Shown: positions 12,147 through 24,237 of the stretch, piece after piece
Position numbering within the stretch: position 1 is the first letter of the stretch
Layout: every line of letters begins with the position of its first letter
From: Eledone cirrhosa
Lineage: Eukaryota
Direction: 5' to 3'
Length of the DNA: 64,000 nt
Assembly: GCA_964016885.1 (NCBI GenBank)
Contig: OZ024740.1
Location: forward strand, 410,378,001 to 410,442,000
Translations under genes and position numbers: made by a program
Notes under the pieces: generated by a model
What the model was told of the DNA's origin: nothing
What the model saw: the letters and a program-made list of their open reading frames with translations, nothing else
Databases searched by the model: none

Positions 12147-12232
12147 AAATGTAATAACAAAAATAACAAAACAAACAGCACAGTACATGGAAGAAATATA
12201 TTAGTTTAGCGCTTGAAATAACAGGAAGAGAG

Positions 12233-12266
12233 TCTTAACGTTTTGGACACTAGTCCTTCATCAGAA
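12233..12266 (-). ncRNA. Mutated copy of the 10940 hammerhead (GAAA changed to AAAA)
   Basis: Minus strand ctt-CTGATGA-aGGACtagtGTCC-aAAAC-GTT-aaga. Flanking sequence 12150-12266 is homologous to 10860-10975. Confidence 0.6.
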
Positions 12267-12333
12267 GTTAGAGTAAGAAATAGAAGATAAATAGAAAGTA
12301 AAGAGTGATGAGAGGAAGGAATCGTGTAAATGA

Positions 12334-12520
12334 CAGACTTGCTAACCTCTAAAAACCCAAACGGGGAGTACCATGAAAGAAAGTTCCCCAAAACGGGGGA
12401 TAAATGCAGGAGATTTTACATAATGAAAGCTGTACCCATTTTCGCTAGAGAAAACATCTCTCGCCCACCGCAAAGTAGGTGGAAGGTCTCCCCGTTGATC
12501 GGTGACAGTTGACAGATCTG
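12334..12520. mobile_element. MITE with CAG...CTG terminal inverted repeats and a 6-bp TSD (hAT-like)
   Basis: TIRs cagacttgctaac and gttgacagatctg, TSD aaatga. A second copy lies at 31803-32233. Confidence 0.75.
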
Positions 12521-12707
12521 AAATGAGAAAATTAATTCGGGAGAAAAAAAAGACACGTGCGTATTCACTCGGCCATCTTGGAGAGTAGGCGTGTACAGAA
12601 TCACTGGTGGGGAGAGGAGCCGGGTGGGGCAAGGTGAGAGGTGGTCGTAGGTGATGAGATAGTAGGGTTAGGGCTGCACACACATTATTATATATATATA
12701 TACATAC

Positions 12708-12792
<85 letters not shown>

Positions 12793-12983
12793 CAGAGCAA
12801 ACAACACGGACACTCTATCTCAAAATTATTTTTGAAAAGCATTTAGAAATGCGCAACCGGTAAAAACTTAAAAACTTAAAACCACAACTGAATACTAACC
12901 CATACAATCACTAATACTCTTTTATTCCTAATTAAACCATTTTTCAACTGTGAACAATTTGTCAGCACTTTCTATTCCGTTTA

Positions 12984-13034
<51 letters not shown>

Positions 13035-13040
<6 letters not shown>

Positions 13041-13140
13041 AGAGTCAGGACCCCGACGGCTGACCTCCGGCCGTTTCGACAGCTAGATCCGAACTGGTGC
13101 GTTATGGTCCACCTGGTATCTTACCACACCTTCTTTGTTA
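13035..13140 (-). repeat. Short TA-embedded family B copy
   Basis: Contains the reverse complement of aacaaagaaggtgtggtaagataccaggtggaccataacgcacca plus the gaccccgacggctga arm. Homologous to 27283-27515, 27614-27746, 38299-38490 and 39354-39550. Confidence 0.8.
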
Positions 13141-14581
13141 TATATATGTATATATATATCGGCATTGTACAATTGTATTTGCCTGGCAAATGTACTGATC
13201 TGGGAAGCCATTGTGAAATTATAGCTATTCCAGTGTGGAAGTATCACGTTAACCATTTAAACTATAACAAAAACTATTTTACTGCATTTTAAGCTTATTT
13301 ATTTCTTGATGTAAAAATTATCACGCCACAATTGGTGATCTTGTCACTGATACAATCCAACTGAAACTTTATATAATTAATGGAAAAATGATATATATGG
13401 CTGCCGATAGAGGGCACCGGGAGCAGTGTTTTATCGTAAATAGTTCATTAGCTATGAGGTAGGACAGCGCCGAAATGCCATGAGGGGGCGTTAAACTCTA
13501 CTACCACAGACCAAGAACGCTCTCCCCGAAGAACTTTCCCACAATTGCCTGTGCGTTCGAAGTTTATTTAGTTCAGCTTTGCCAAATAATCTGTCATAGG
13601 CAATAAAGCTGTCTCCAGTAATTCATTGTGGTACACCTAGCAAATTATATAAATTTTTTTTAGACTAAAAAATTATTTTGCTTCTTATCTTTCCTAGTAA
13701 AACCGATCAATAATACAAATGTTAAAAGAAACGATTAGATTTGAATGTTTTTCTACATTGGAAATGTCAATAAGCAGGATTCACCTGTTTTTTTATTTTT
13801 TATAACAAATTGATGCGAAAATCGCAAATGATGTGAATGCATTGGAAGCCATTCTCATTTCTAGTAGCATCAACTTAACAAAAGCACCGTGTATTATGCT
13901 ATATGTCTACATAATTATTATTGGAAAAGTAATCCTGGTAAACTATAGTCGCTGACTTTATGTGATAACAGTAAAGAATACTCTGGCAGTGTTGCGGTGA
14001 TAAGGTTTATCTGTTAATTAATTATTTAAATGTCTTTAAGTTTAATTATAAATCAGCCAATCACATGCGAGGCCTTTTATTATCAACTGAACAACAAACT
14101 ATAAGGAATGTCATCACCTCTGTCTATTTACTTGCATAGCTGATAGCAAAGAACATTCCTGAATATATGCCATGCAGAATAGAATAATTAATGGATGAAA
14201 ATTACGTAAAATGTGATGTCATTATACGATATTATCTATGCTATTGTTAGCTGATACTTCGGGAAATTTACATTCAACGCTTAAATCCACACGGCTTAAT
14301 ACGCGAGAAAGCATTGATACTGCTAACTCGAGTTTCAATTATTTCATAAAATAACAAAATATTTTCTTTTCTACTGAGTGAATGTTCAACTTCTGTAGGA
14401 TTGCTTGTAGGGTCAATTAACTTGGCCCTTTAACTTACTTATTTACATTTGAAGAAATTGAATTGTTCATGGGTGGGACATAGTATTTCTTGGTATTCAA
14501 CTTGGCTCTCTGTATATTGTTGTAATTTATTCCACCTTAGTTTAAACCTTACAAGGAAATGTTTCATCGATACATTTATTA

Positions 14582-15150
14582 AATACTAGCAGTGGTACCC
14601 GGCGTTGCACGGGATAAGGTATTGTGAAATATATAACCGCCTTAGCTAAGCTTAGTATTGCCACAACCACGGCTGGCAAAGAAGTAAGGGTACTGTAGCT
14701 TAAAACGTGAGGAAGAAGTTGTGTGCACTTACCAACTGTTTGGGGAATGAGTGTGAGATTTGTCTTGAGTAAGAGTGACAGAATAACCGGAGGCAGCAGC
14801 CAGCCAGACATACAGACAGATATTATAAGGGCACGTACTGGACGCAAAGCGAATTGTAGGAAGTGACGTAATGCAGGCAGCCAGAAATACATACAGATAT
14901 TATAAGGGCGCGACGTTATATGTATGTATCTATCTAAAACGAGAAAGACTAAGAATTATAGAGAGAGATCGCTAAATCGCCTAATGTGGTCCCTAGGGCA
15001 TTGACAATTTGAATTTATTTTTGCTCAGAACACTCCCTGAAATAAGTATTACATGTGTAACGTTTGAAAAAGGTCGGTTGGGTGCTTCTCTAGTTTTAGG
15101 GATTCAAACTCACACACACAAAGACAAACATCCTCAGTTATATATAGATA
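14582..15150 (+). mobile_element. Non-autonomous Helitron/Helentron-like element
   Basis: 5' TACTAGCA...ACCCGGCGTTGCACGGG hairpin, internal cagacataca microsatellite and short duplication, and 3' acaaacatcctcagttatatatag. The assignment is from recalled family architecture. Confidence 0.55.
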
Positions 15151-15485
15151 TAGATATCTGATTATATGCTATAGACATTATTAACATGGTGGATTGGCAG
15201 TATTGGTAGAGGTTCGGACGCCATGCTTTGACGCATAGAGTTACGGCCCTTGCCATATAGATATCTGATTATATGCTATAGACATTATTAACATGGTGGA
15301 TTGGCAGTATTGGTAGAGGGTCGGACGCCATGCTTTGACGCATAGAGTTACGGCCCTTGCCATTCTGAGTTCAAATCCCGCCGAGGTTAACTTTGCCTTT
15401 CATCCTTACGGGGTCGATAAAATAAAGTACCAGTAATACACTGGGTAATTGCTGGCCTTGTGCTTAACGTAGAAACAATTATTAA
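15149..15485 (+). mobile_element. S1 SINE with a tandem duplication (about 107 bp) of its 5' end and flank
   Basis: atatagatatctgattatatgctatagacattattaacatggtggattggc...cccttgccat occurs twice, and the second copy continues into a full SINE. Confidence 0.9.
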
Positions 15486-16699
15486 CATATAATTATCGTT
15501 TTAAGAATATGGGCCAGAACTTAATGGTACTTGAACTAAATTATGTAGAGATTTGAAGTTGAATGAATTGACAAGTGAGTCAGAGTTATATGATGTCTCA
15601 GGTAATTCATTGTCTCTTGAAAAGGTACTTAACTTTCAACGACACATCACTCTTAACTTTGAATATGTTATTTGAGAAGGTTTGTGGCGTTGGTCACTTA
15701 GACTTAATCTTAAATGAATTCAAACTTACTTTGTGCTGGTGTAGGTAATGGGTGTAAATAATACAGTGATTCTGCAGCAAATATATTATAAAAATGGTAT
15801 ATTAGCAATAATTCAAATATATACAGCGTATATACAACAACAAAAACAACAACAATGGCAATGATAATACCTGATCAAACTATGAATATTTGCTTATCTT
15901 AAGCATAAAAGAAAATATTACGAGAAACCTAAATACATTTCCATCAATGATTATTTAGAATAATTTTTTGCTTTAAGTTGACGAATGTAATAGCTGGTAT
16001 TAAATTTTCCGTTTTTCTACAGTCTGTTCTAATCATGAGGAGCCTCACTTTGACTTTCATCCACCGGTGTCTAAACAGGAAGTACCAGTTAAGTAGTAGG
16101 AAAGATCCTCTTCCCTTATACTCTCGTCAATTGAGTTGGTTGACGGGACCAAGAAAGGAGTATTTGCAAATTGGTCCTATCAATTCTTTCACCACCACTC
16201 TGTGGAAATATTATGACAGAAGGGTAGCGTAAGTCAATAAAAGCAATAAAAGTCAACAAATTAGACATTTGAAGTTAATTCTTTTGTATGGAAACATCTT
16301 GAAGTTGACATTCATATCCGTTCGAGTTGGGAAATATTTTATGGGAAGAACACTTCGATCTCAAGACCCATCAAAATCAATTTTGTATTTCGTCAAGCTA
16401 TCACTGGTAATACGCATATACTGTAGCAAATAGAGTTAAATTAAATAGATACGGTTTATTGATCTCTATCTTCTATACACACTCCGTATCTTCTACACAC
16501 ATACACACACATACACACATACATACACACACATACACACTCATACACATACACACACACATACACACACATACACACATATACACACACACTCATACAC
16601 ATATGTATATATCATCTACTAAATGTCTCTACATAATACGGCTTTAAAGCCACTCAAGATTATGGGTTACATGACAAGATAGTGGTAGTGGGGGATGGA

Positions 16700-19600
16700 A
16701 GAGTGATTATTATAAGCGCGAAAATTACAAAAGAACTGCGCAGTTTGGATGAAAGTTTAACATGGAAAGGTACTTATTGACCATTTTATATAAAAGGTCA
16801 ATGTTATAGCCACAAGGAAAGCAAACCCTAACTAGTTTGTTCCATAGCTATGTGGTTCTGGGAATGAACCTATGCCTAATATTAGGAATATGAGGAAAGT
16901 GAGGATGGTTTGCCTCAATGAATTATCGAGACGGGTCATATTGAGAAAGTCTGGGTTTTGGATCATAGAGAATTCATCAGAGCATTTCCCGTGGGAATAG
17001 CAATAGAGTAATGCGAGGTTTTCGTCATCATATCTGTGAGAGTATGGCTTGAGAAATGAGAAGAGCTCGTCTCCAACAAGGTTACACAAGCGTCTCGCAA
17101 CTGTCTCGAGAGGATAGAGAGCTCTGAGCACCACTGCTCCCGACATGGCAGCAGTCTTCCATTTTGGGTCTAACCTGACTCTTGTAAAGATAAAAACTGC
17201 AGATAGAGTCATTTTTTTTGATCGAATATATTCCAACGGCCCAAGAGTCGTTCAAAGCAGAGAGCATTTTTCAACGAGGCCCTATTCATATGAACAGGGC
17301 GAAAATTGGGGACATTCAGATGGTGATGTAAAAATAGAAGCTTAATTTTCGGGATGTAAAAGCTAACAAGTCTCTGATTTCCCCATTAGATAGCACAATC
17401 TGAATAAGAAGAGAGATCAGCTGATAGGGAAAGGTCGTTATGGTTTCTGGATGTACAACCATAGATTGTGATGTCATCTGCATAAATGTCAGCAAATGAT
17501 CTTAATATGTGGTTTGGCAGATAATTTATAAAGATTAGAAAAAGAGTCAGTCAAAGGAGGGACACACGTGACAAGCTAACATTGATTCTATGGGCATCTG
17601 ATGTTTGACCATTCACCACAACCTTCAGATATCGATGAGAGAGAAAATACTTAATTGTAGCCTGTACTTTCCAGGATATACCATAACTTGTGGGTTTTTG
17701 AAGTAGTTCGTCGTGTCATACTTTATCAAAAGCCTTTGAGATATATAGTCCTGGATGCAAAGCCACCATCTAGGGACTCACTAATCCTATGTGAGATGGG
17801 AGTCAAAACAACTGTAGGGGCCCTGACAGAACGAAAGCCATACTGCATGTCGCTCAGGTGATTGTTTTGGGAAAGGGGATTAATAACCTTATTGATAGCA
17901 GGTTTCAAGAGTTTGCTGATAATGCAAAGAACACTGATAGGGTATAATTGGGAGGGCGAAGAACGCTCTTCAGCATTCTTGAAGACAGGGCAAATAGAGA
18001 AATGTTTTTGATAACCACTACTGGAATATTATTTAGCCCAGTTACCCAGGTTCGAATTAAGGTTTTTGATGAACTTTGCTACAACTCGAGCAAACACAAG
18101 AATGTCAATAAGAAAATTGTTGGTCCAAGCAGGAAAACAGGGAAGAGTATGAATTTGGTCAATGTGAGCAGAATGAGGCAAAATTGTAGCAAAAAGGTTT
18201 GCTTTATGTAAGAGCTCGACAGAACCTCGAATCTATTAAGAATCTTGTTTCTGATTCTCCCAAATCCACGGGAGCCAGGTCTCATGCCTTCTACCCTATA
18301 CCGGATTGATTAAGCATAGCCATACTGTGCATTCTTCAACAATTTGTTGCAGCGGTTTCGAGAGGTCATTAAGACTGCATGTGTCTCGCTACACCTGTTC
18401 TGCTAGCAAAGATGAAAGTAGTAGTTAGGCTGAGCGATGACAGCTGCACATTCTGGTGTGTACCAGGGTTGGCTATTTGCCCTTTGTTGATATCCTTTCG
18501 ATGTTGTGCAGTTTTCGATACCAGCGAAAATCCAACCCGAGACAGAAGCTATCTTTGAAGATCTATTTTTGGAAATAGATTGGAGTGGTGCCTCAGCAAC
18601 GAAAGATCTAAAGCCATCCCAATCAACCTTGGAGTAACAGAAAACTGTCCGATGGAAAGTGACCCAGGAAGATTCTTTACATTTGGTGACGGCTCTTGTG
18701 GATACCACAGTGTGATTAGAGGATCTAGAAGGAGGTTAATATCAATATAATGATATGAGTATGTAGTGAGGAAGAGAGCAAGAAAATTGGCAAATTGATT
18801 CTCTACGTAAGAAACACGTGTGGGTTTATCCACAATCTGAGTTAACTCATAATCATGCGAGAAATCATCAATTTTGTTGGAGTGCACCAAACATTCCTCA
18901 TGATGGACGTTAAAGTCTCCACAGATATATGTATTAGCTGATGGATAATTGGACAGCATCGATTTTCTCAGCTAGTCAATCGAATACGATACCTCCACCT
19001 GCTTAAGGACGATAGAGAGTAAATATGAATGAAGTGCTGTGAACAGGTGCCACACAGAAGCTAATGAATGGAAAGCTAGGATATTCGTTGGCTGCGTCTT
19101 TCCCACATGGAAAGCCATCTTTTATATAAGCCCAAATCCTATGCCCATGGGGATTCATAAAATAAGGCTTGGCGATAATTGGGGTATAGCCAGCAATTTT
19201 GAAACCTTCTTCAGAGCCTGAGGATTGAGTCCTGTCTCAGGGAGGAACGTGAAATCTGTTTATAACTCCTGGAGATGAGATTAGGTCCCTGGAAAGTTGG
19301 TACGTAACATTCTTATGTTGGAATAGGAGATAGAAAATTATGAGTTTACGCTGTTTGTTTTAGAGCTGGGTTTACGTTTAATGTTTGTTCAATAAAACTT
19401 CATGATGTTTACAGTGAAAACATGATAAAGGTCAGCTGGTGTATTGTCGATAACCACGAATAGTTTATGTAAACTACCCAGGGAAACCAGTAGAAAGAAC
19501 GGCTGTGGCATTGTTCTCCAATAAGATTCCACCTGAATATACCTTAAAGTCTAGAACCCATTTACTGAATGGCAATACAGTAGCTCCGATATTATACACC

Positions 19601-19910
19601 TGCTGATAGGACAGTCTCCTCAGTAGTTGCTCTGTAGTTAGAGTCCCTTTATTATCAGGCGGATAACATCAACCTAGACATACGTTATCTCCAGCACCCT
19701 TCTTGAAGAATTGGTAATCAAGAAAAAAAGACAGAGAATCAGCTCCATCGTTTTACTCAACACCAACCCAACCAACTCGAAATAACAGTTATCCTTCTTA
19801 AGCCAGAAACATCACACCAAGACAGTCCCTAAAACCGAGACTAGCTCCTTACTAGGTGAGGACTAAATGACCAAATGAGAACAGGCAGCTACGAGGCGTC
19901 CCGGAATCAA
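16700..19910 (-). mobile_element. Near full-length degraded single-ORF APE-RT LINE (CR1-group-like)
   Basis: Endonuclease motifs ISYSNIR and YICGDFNVHH, linker SQPWYTPECA, RT motifs SDMQYGFRS, KAFDKV and FADI, and C-terminal YKSQVRPKMEDCCH. Many stops and frameshifts. Probable ATG at 19403, with a 5' UTR of about 500 bp. Confidence 0.9.
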
Positions 19911-20760
19911 ATTTAAGAATCTTCCTTATATATATATATGACGAACTACAACATGTGCATTCTCCCTTGTCTATTTTTTTCCCAGTTTTATGTCTTTTCT
20001 TACTCTTGTCTATCTTCCAATGTTTTCTCTCTTCTAGGCTAGCTGTTTTCTCTTTCTCACACTATTTTCCGAAACGTTAATTCTCTTTTCCAAATATATC
20101 ATGCGTTACCTGGGAGTGCCTACAAAACACGGAGCAGCCTTTTTAACAAAACCAACTATAAAAACATGATACATATAACATCGTACATACTACAATATTG
20201 ACTGGGAAGTCTCTAAAAATTGAATATAACGATAACACATATATCCACATCAAAGATCCTGCACAAATACTGTGTACACAGAGGGAAACAAATTAATAAC
20301 AATTATTCTATTAGTGTTGTCACGCTTAATAACAATGTTGTACACCATTAAGCAAATCCTAAAGATAAAATATATGTGACAGGTTACTTTTTATAGTGAT
20401 ATGCATAAAACAAACTATATCTAATGCACATACATAAACACTTGTATATGCGCACACATGTATATGTGCATACGTATCCTTAATAATAACAATTTCATGA
20501 TTCACTACATTTAGTGTGCTATCACCCACTTTAGAAATTGATTTCAATGCAAATGGCGTCCGTGGGTATTTTCCCCTTTGCCATTGTTGAATGGGATCCT
20601 ATCATAAAAATGTTTCGAGTCATTTAATATATTGTTGTTTGTTGTTGTTGTTACAGCTCACGCCTATGCAGGCCTAGCTGGCCTCCTCCAAGTTATATCT
20701 CGTTGGAGGTGTCTTGGGTGATTTAATGATAGGGACACTTACCACAGCATATTATTGCTA

Positions 20761-20952
20761 GGCAGTGGATTGACAGTATCGGTAGAGAGTCGGACACCAT
20801 GCTTTGCAGCAAAGAGTTACGCCCCTTTATGGTCTGAGTTCAAATCTCGCCGAGGTTAACTTTGCCTTTCATCCTTACGGGGTCGATAAAATAAAGTACC
20901 AGTAATAGACTGGGGTAGTTGCTGGCCTTGCACCAAAAGTAGAAACAATTAT
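20761..20952 (+). mobile_element. S1 SINE
   Basis: Full-length match to the S1 family. Confidence 0.9.
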
Positions 20953-21590
20953 TGGTAGCATAGCAGTATCACACATGTTTGAAATGAAGTTTAGCAAAGG
21001 AAATAATTCAGTACAGTTTAGTAAGCCTGGGTGAGTCACTACTCGGAGTTTCTCATTTCTCATTCACAGGTAGATCATCATATAGTATTTGAAGCTATAT
21101 GTGCACAAACATCTGATCAGTTCGCGTTATGCTGAAAGCAGCTTAGCTGTAATTACAAATCCATATGTAGGCCTATAGTAATGGGTAAACAAGTATAAGA
21201 ATTAATAAAAACTAATATGAAAACGTATAAATATTTGTTAACATTACAATATAGCAATACAGGTGTTAAGATGACCTTCTCTAGAAATAGATTTTGTGAA
21301 GCTCATATGGAAAATGGTGTGAAGAATCTCCCGTAAAAGAGTTTTAACGTTGGCAGAGTTTTGATAGAAGATATAAATAACACACATTTTGTGTTGGGTG
21401 TGAGCTTATACGAAATGACTCGGAGGAATGACAGGTATTCGTCAAAACTATATCTTCTCATGATCAATAGAGTGTGCATTTGACTAATGCACTTTGACTA
21501 ATGCATTTTGACTAATGCATTTTGACTAAACATACAAGTACAAACATTCACATACACACACACACGCAAAAAAAAAAAATATATATATAT

Positions 21591-21820
21591 ACAGGTAAAA
21601 TTCCGTTATAACGAATATCATTATAACGAATTTTTCAGTATAACAATTATTTTCAATCCCCGGCCACAAGCTTATTAAAACATCGATAAAAGAATCTCGT
21701 TATAAGGAAATTCATTACAATATTTCAGTACAACGAACGAAAATTGAACCCCAAGCAGCCCAAATTCCTCGCTACAACGAAAAAATAATGTTTTTCGACA
21801 CACTCCTTCTCGCAACGATG
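21591..21820. mobile_element. Tc1/mariner-pogo (Tigger-like) DNA transposon end
   Basis: TA-CAGGTAAAATTCCGTTATAACGAA followed by repeated (c)gttataacgaa subterminal motifs. I found no partner TIR. Confidence 0.45.
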
Positions 21821-22019
21821 AGTGTGTGTATGTGTATGTGTATGTGTGTGTGTGTGTGTGTTTGTGTGAGTGTATGTGTATTTACATTTATCTATTTATA
21901 CGTACACTCACACAATTGTAATGGATTTTCGAAATTAAGAATTTTACAAAATCACAACCAGGGTTAAAGGCAGTATTCACCACATGGCTTCTAAAACATT
22001 ATTTACTAGTTTCCGGGGC

Positions 22020-22203
22020 CGGTGGATTGGCAGTATCGGTAGATGGTCGGACGCCATGCTTTGCAGCATAGAGTTTTACGTTCTGAGTTCAAATCCCGCC
22101 GTGTTTAACTTTGCCTTTCATCCTTAAGGGGTCGATAAAATAAAGTACCATTGATGCACTGGGATAATTGTTGGCCTTGTGCCAAAAGTAGAAACAATTA
22201 TTT
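22020..22203 (+). mobile_element. S1 SINE
   Basis: Full-length match with TSD-like ttattta.tag.ttccggg on both sides. Confidence 0.9.
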
Positions 22204-22321
22204 ATTAGCTTCCGGGATCCCGGCTAGAGTTGCATCTCTTTAGGGTTGGATTTACCGACTACAAAGACTATTCGAAAATTATTCAAAAGAACGTATCTGG
22301 AACACACATACACTCACATAC

Positions 22322-22374
<53 letters not shown>

Positions 22375-22380
<6 letters not shown>

Positions 22381-22713
22381 CAAGAAAACGAAAAATCAGT
22401 GGTGCATCTGGACTTAGTTCATTTCGTGTTACAAAATTTTCGCCGGCATGTAGCTCGATTCATGGTCCTTGTATGGATCTGGCTGATTCTACTTCTGCGG
22501 GTTCTTTCAGACACGGGTGTTATGTCCGGAGCAAATTTTATCACTGATAAAAAATGCTCCGGATATAACACCCGTGTTTGAAAGAACCCGCAGAAGTAGA
22601 ATCAGCCAGATCCATACAAGGACCATGAATCGAGCTACATGCCGGCGAAACATTTGTAACACGAAATGCACTAAGTCCAGATGCACCATTGATTTTTCGT
22701 TTTCTTGATAATA
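22375..22713. repeat. 339-bp near-perfect palindrome in (TA)n
   Basis: The centre is ttttatca c tgataaaa at 22544. The mirrored ORFs on the two strands reflect the symmetry. Confidence 0.95.
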
Positions 22714-22800
22714 TATACACTCTACTTTGATGAATATCGAATGCTAATTTTGGCATACCGCCTACGGAAGCACCATAGCTACCACTATACCTATACACAA

Positions 22801-22857
<57 letters not shown>

Positions 22858-22864
<7 letters not shown>

Positions 22865-23567
22865 TAAAATATGTCTTTAGAATCACTAGATAAATATATA
22901 CCATTTCCTCCCCCAATTAGTATAATTAACCATATAAAAAATCAATTAGACCAAGCTATAAGAATAAAGGCTCCTATGAAGAAATCCTCGACAAATAACC
23001 GAAAGCAGCCCCTTCGCGGTGGCTACAATAGATTATTTATCTAACATTTCGACAGTATGTAAAAATCGACCAGATATACAGTCAACTAAACACAATTAGG
23101 TGTAAAATTGAACTTAGAAGAATTGCGTACATATCATTTTTGAATGTAATTTTGAATGTATTTTTGGCGCGATCACTTTGGAAAATTAAATGTCTTATTT
23201 TGAGCTCGCCCCTGATGATTCCGAAGCTCCGGATATACCTTGTTATAGGATGTCTTAAAATACGGATGAAACCATGGTAGAGGTAATTTGATATGTACGC
23301 AATTCTTCTAAGTTCAATTTTACACCTAATTGTGTTTAGTTGACTGTATATCTGGTCGATTTTTACATACTGTCGAAATGTTAGATAAATAATCTATTGT
23401 AGCCACCGCGAAGGGGCTGCTTTCGGTTATTTGTCGAAGATTTCTTCATAGGAGCTTTTATTCTTATAGCTTGGTCTAATTGATTTTTTATATGGTTAAT
23501 TATACTAATTGGGAGAGCAAATGGTATATATTTATCTAGTGATTCTAAAGACATATTTTATGATATA
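22858..23567. mobile_element. Fold-back element with about 279-bp arms and an HHR-containing spacer
   Basis: Arms at 22858-23136 and 23289-23567 are nearly identical when inverted. The spacer is 23137-23288. Confidence 0.9.
23208..23284 (+). ncRNA. Hammerhead ribozyme with long stem II
   Basis: gccc-CTGATGA-t-TCCG...CGGA-t-GAAAC catg GTA-gaggt. Stem III is the palindrome ACCATGGT, and stem I is imperfect. Confidence 0.65.
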
Positions 23568-23674
23568 TAGCTGTGATTATTTAATTTAATTTAATTTATT
23601 AATTTCTCATTGAGCCACAACGTGACCGATTGCAATACACATATATATCTATGACTATTTATATGTATGTAAAT

Positions 23675-23716
<42 letters not shown>

Positions 23717-23720
<4 letters not shown>

Positions 23721-24191
23721 TAAAAGAGAAAACACAGGTAAGCATTAAGAATTAAGAGAAGGATTTTATCCAGGTATTTACGACCGTTTCATTGGTAAGT
23801 GCAACCTTATATTGCTATACTGGAAATAGCAGCAACTCAATTATAATTGTTGTTCACAGTCCAAATTTTCAAAATAGTGAGTTACTCTTGAAATAATTCT
23901 TAATATATAGAGAAAAACATTTATTTGGAATTGTATTTACTAGTATATAGAGAGAGGAATCAGGAGGTGAGGGGACAGACGGCATAGTATAGAGAGAGAG
24001 CAAGGGGGAAGAGGTAGGAAGTAGAATGACAAACTGAGATGGAGGGAGGGGTAGAGGTGGAAGGATTCTTTGGTCAGTTTTGATAGCAGACATCATGTCG
24101 TGGAGTGTAGTGAGTTAAAGAGAATTAAATAGATAATAGTGGGAGGGATGGATAGAGAGGGAGAGAGAGAGGGGGGGGGGGATATAAAGTG

Positions 24192-24237
<46 letters not shown>

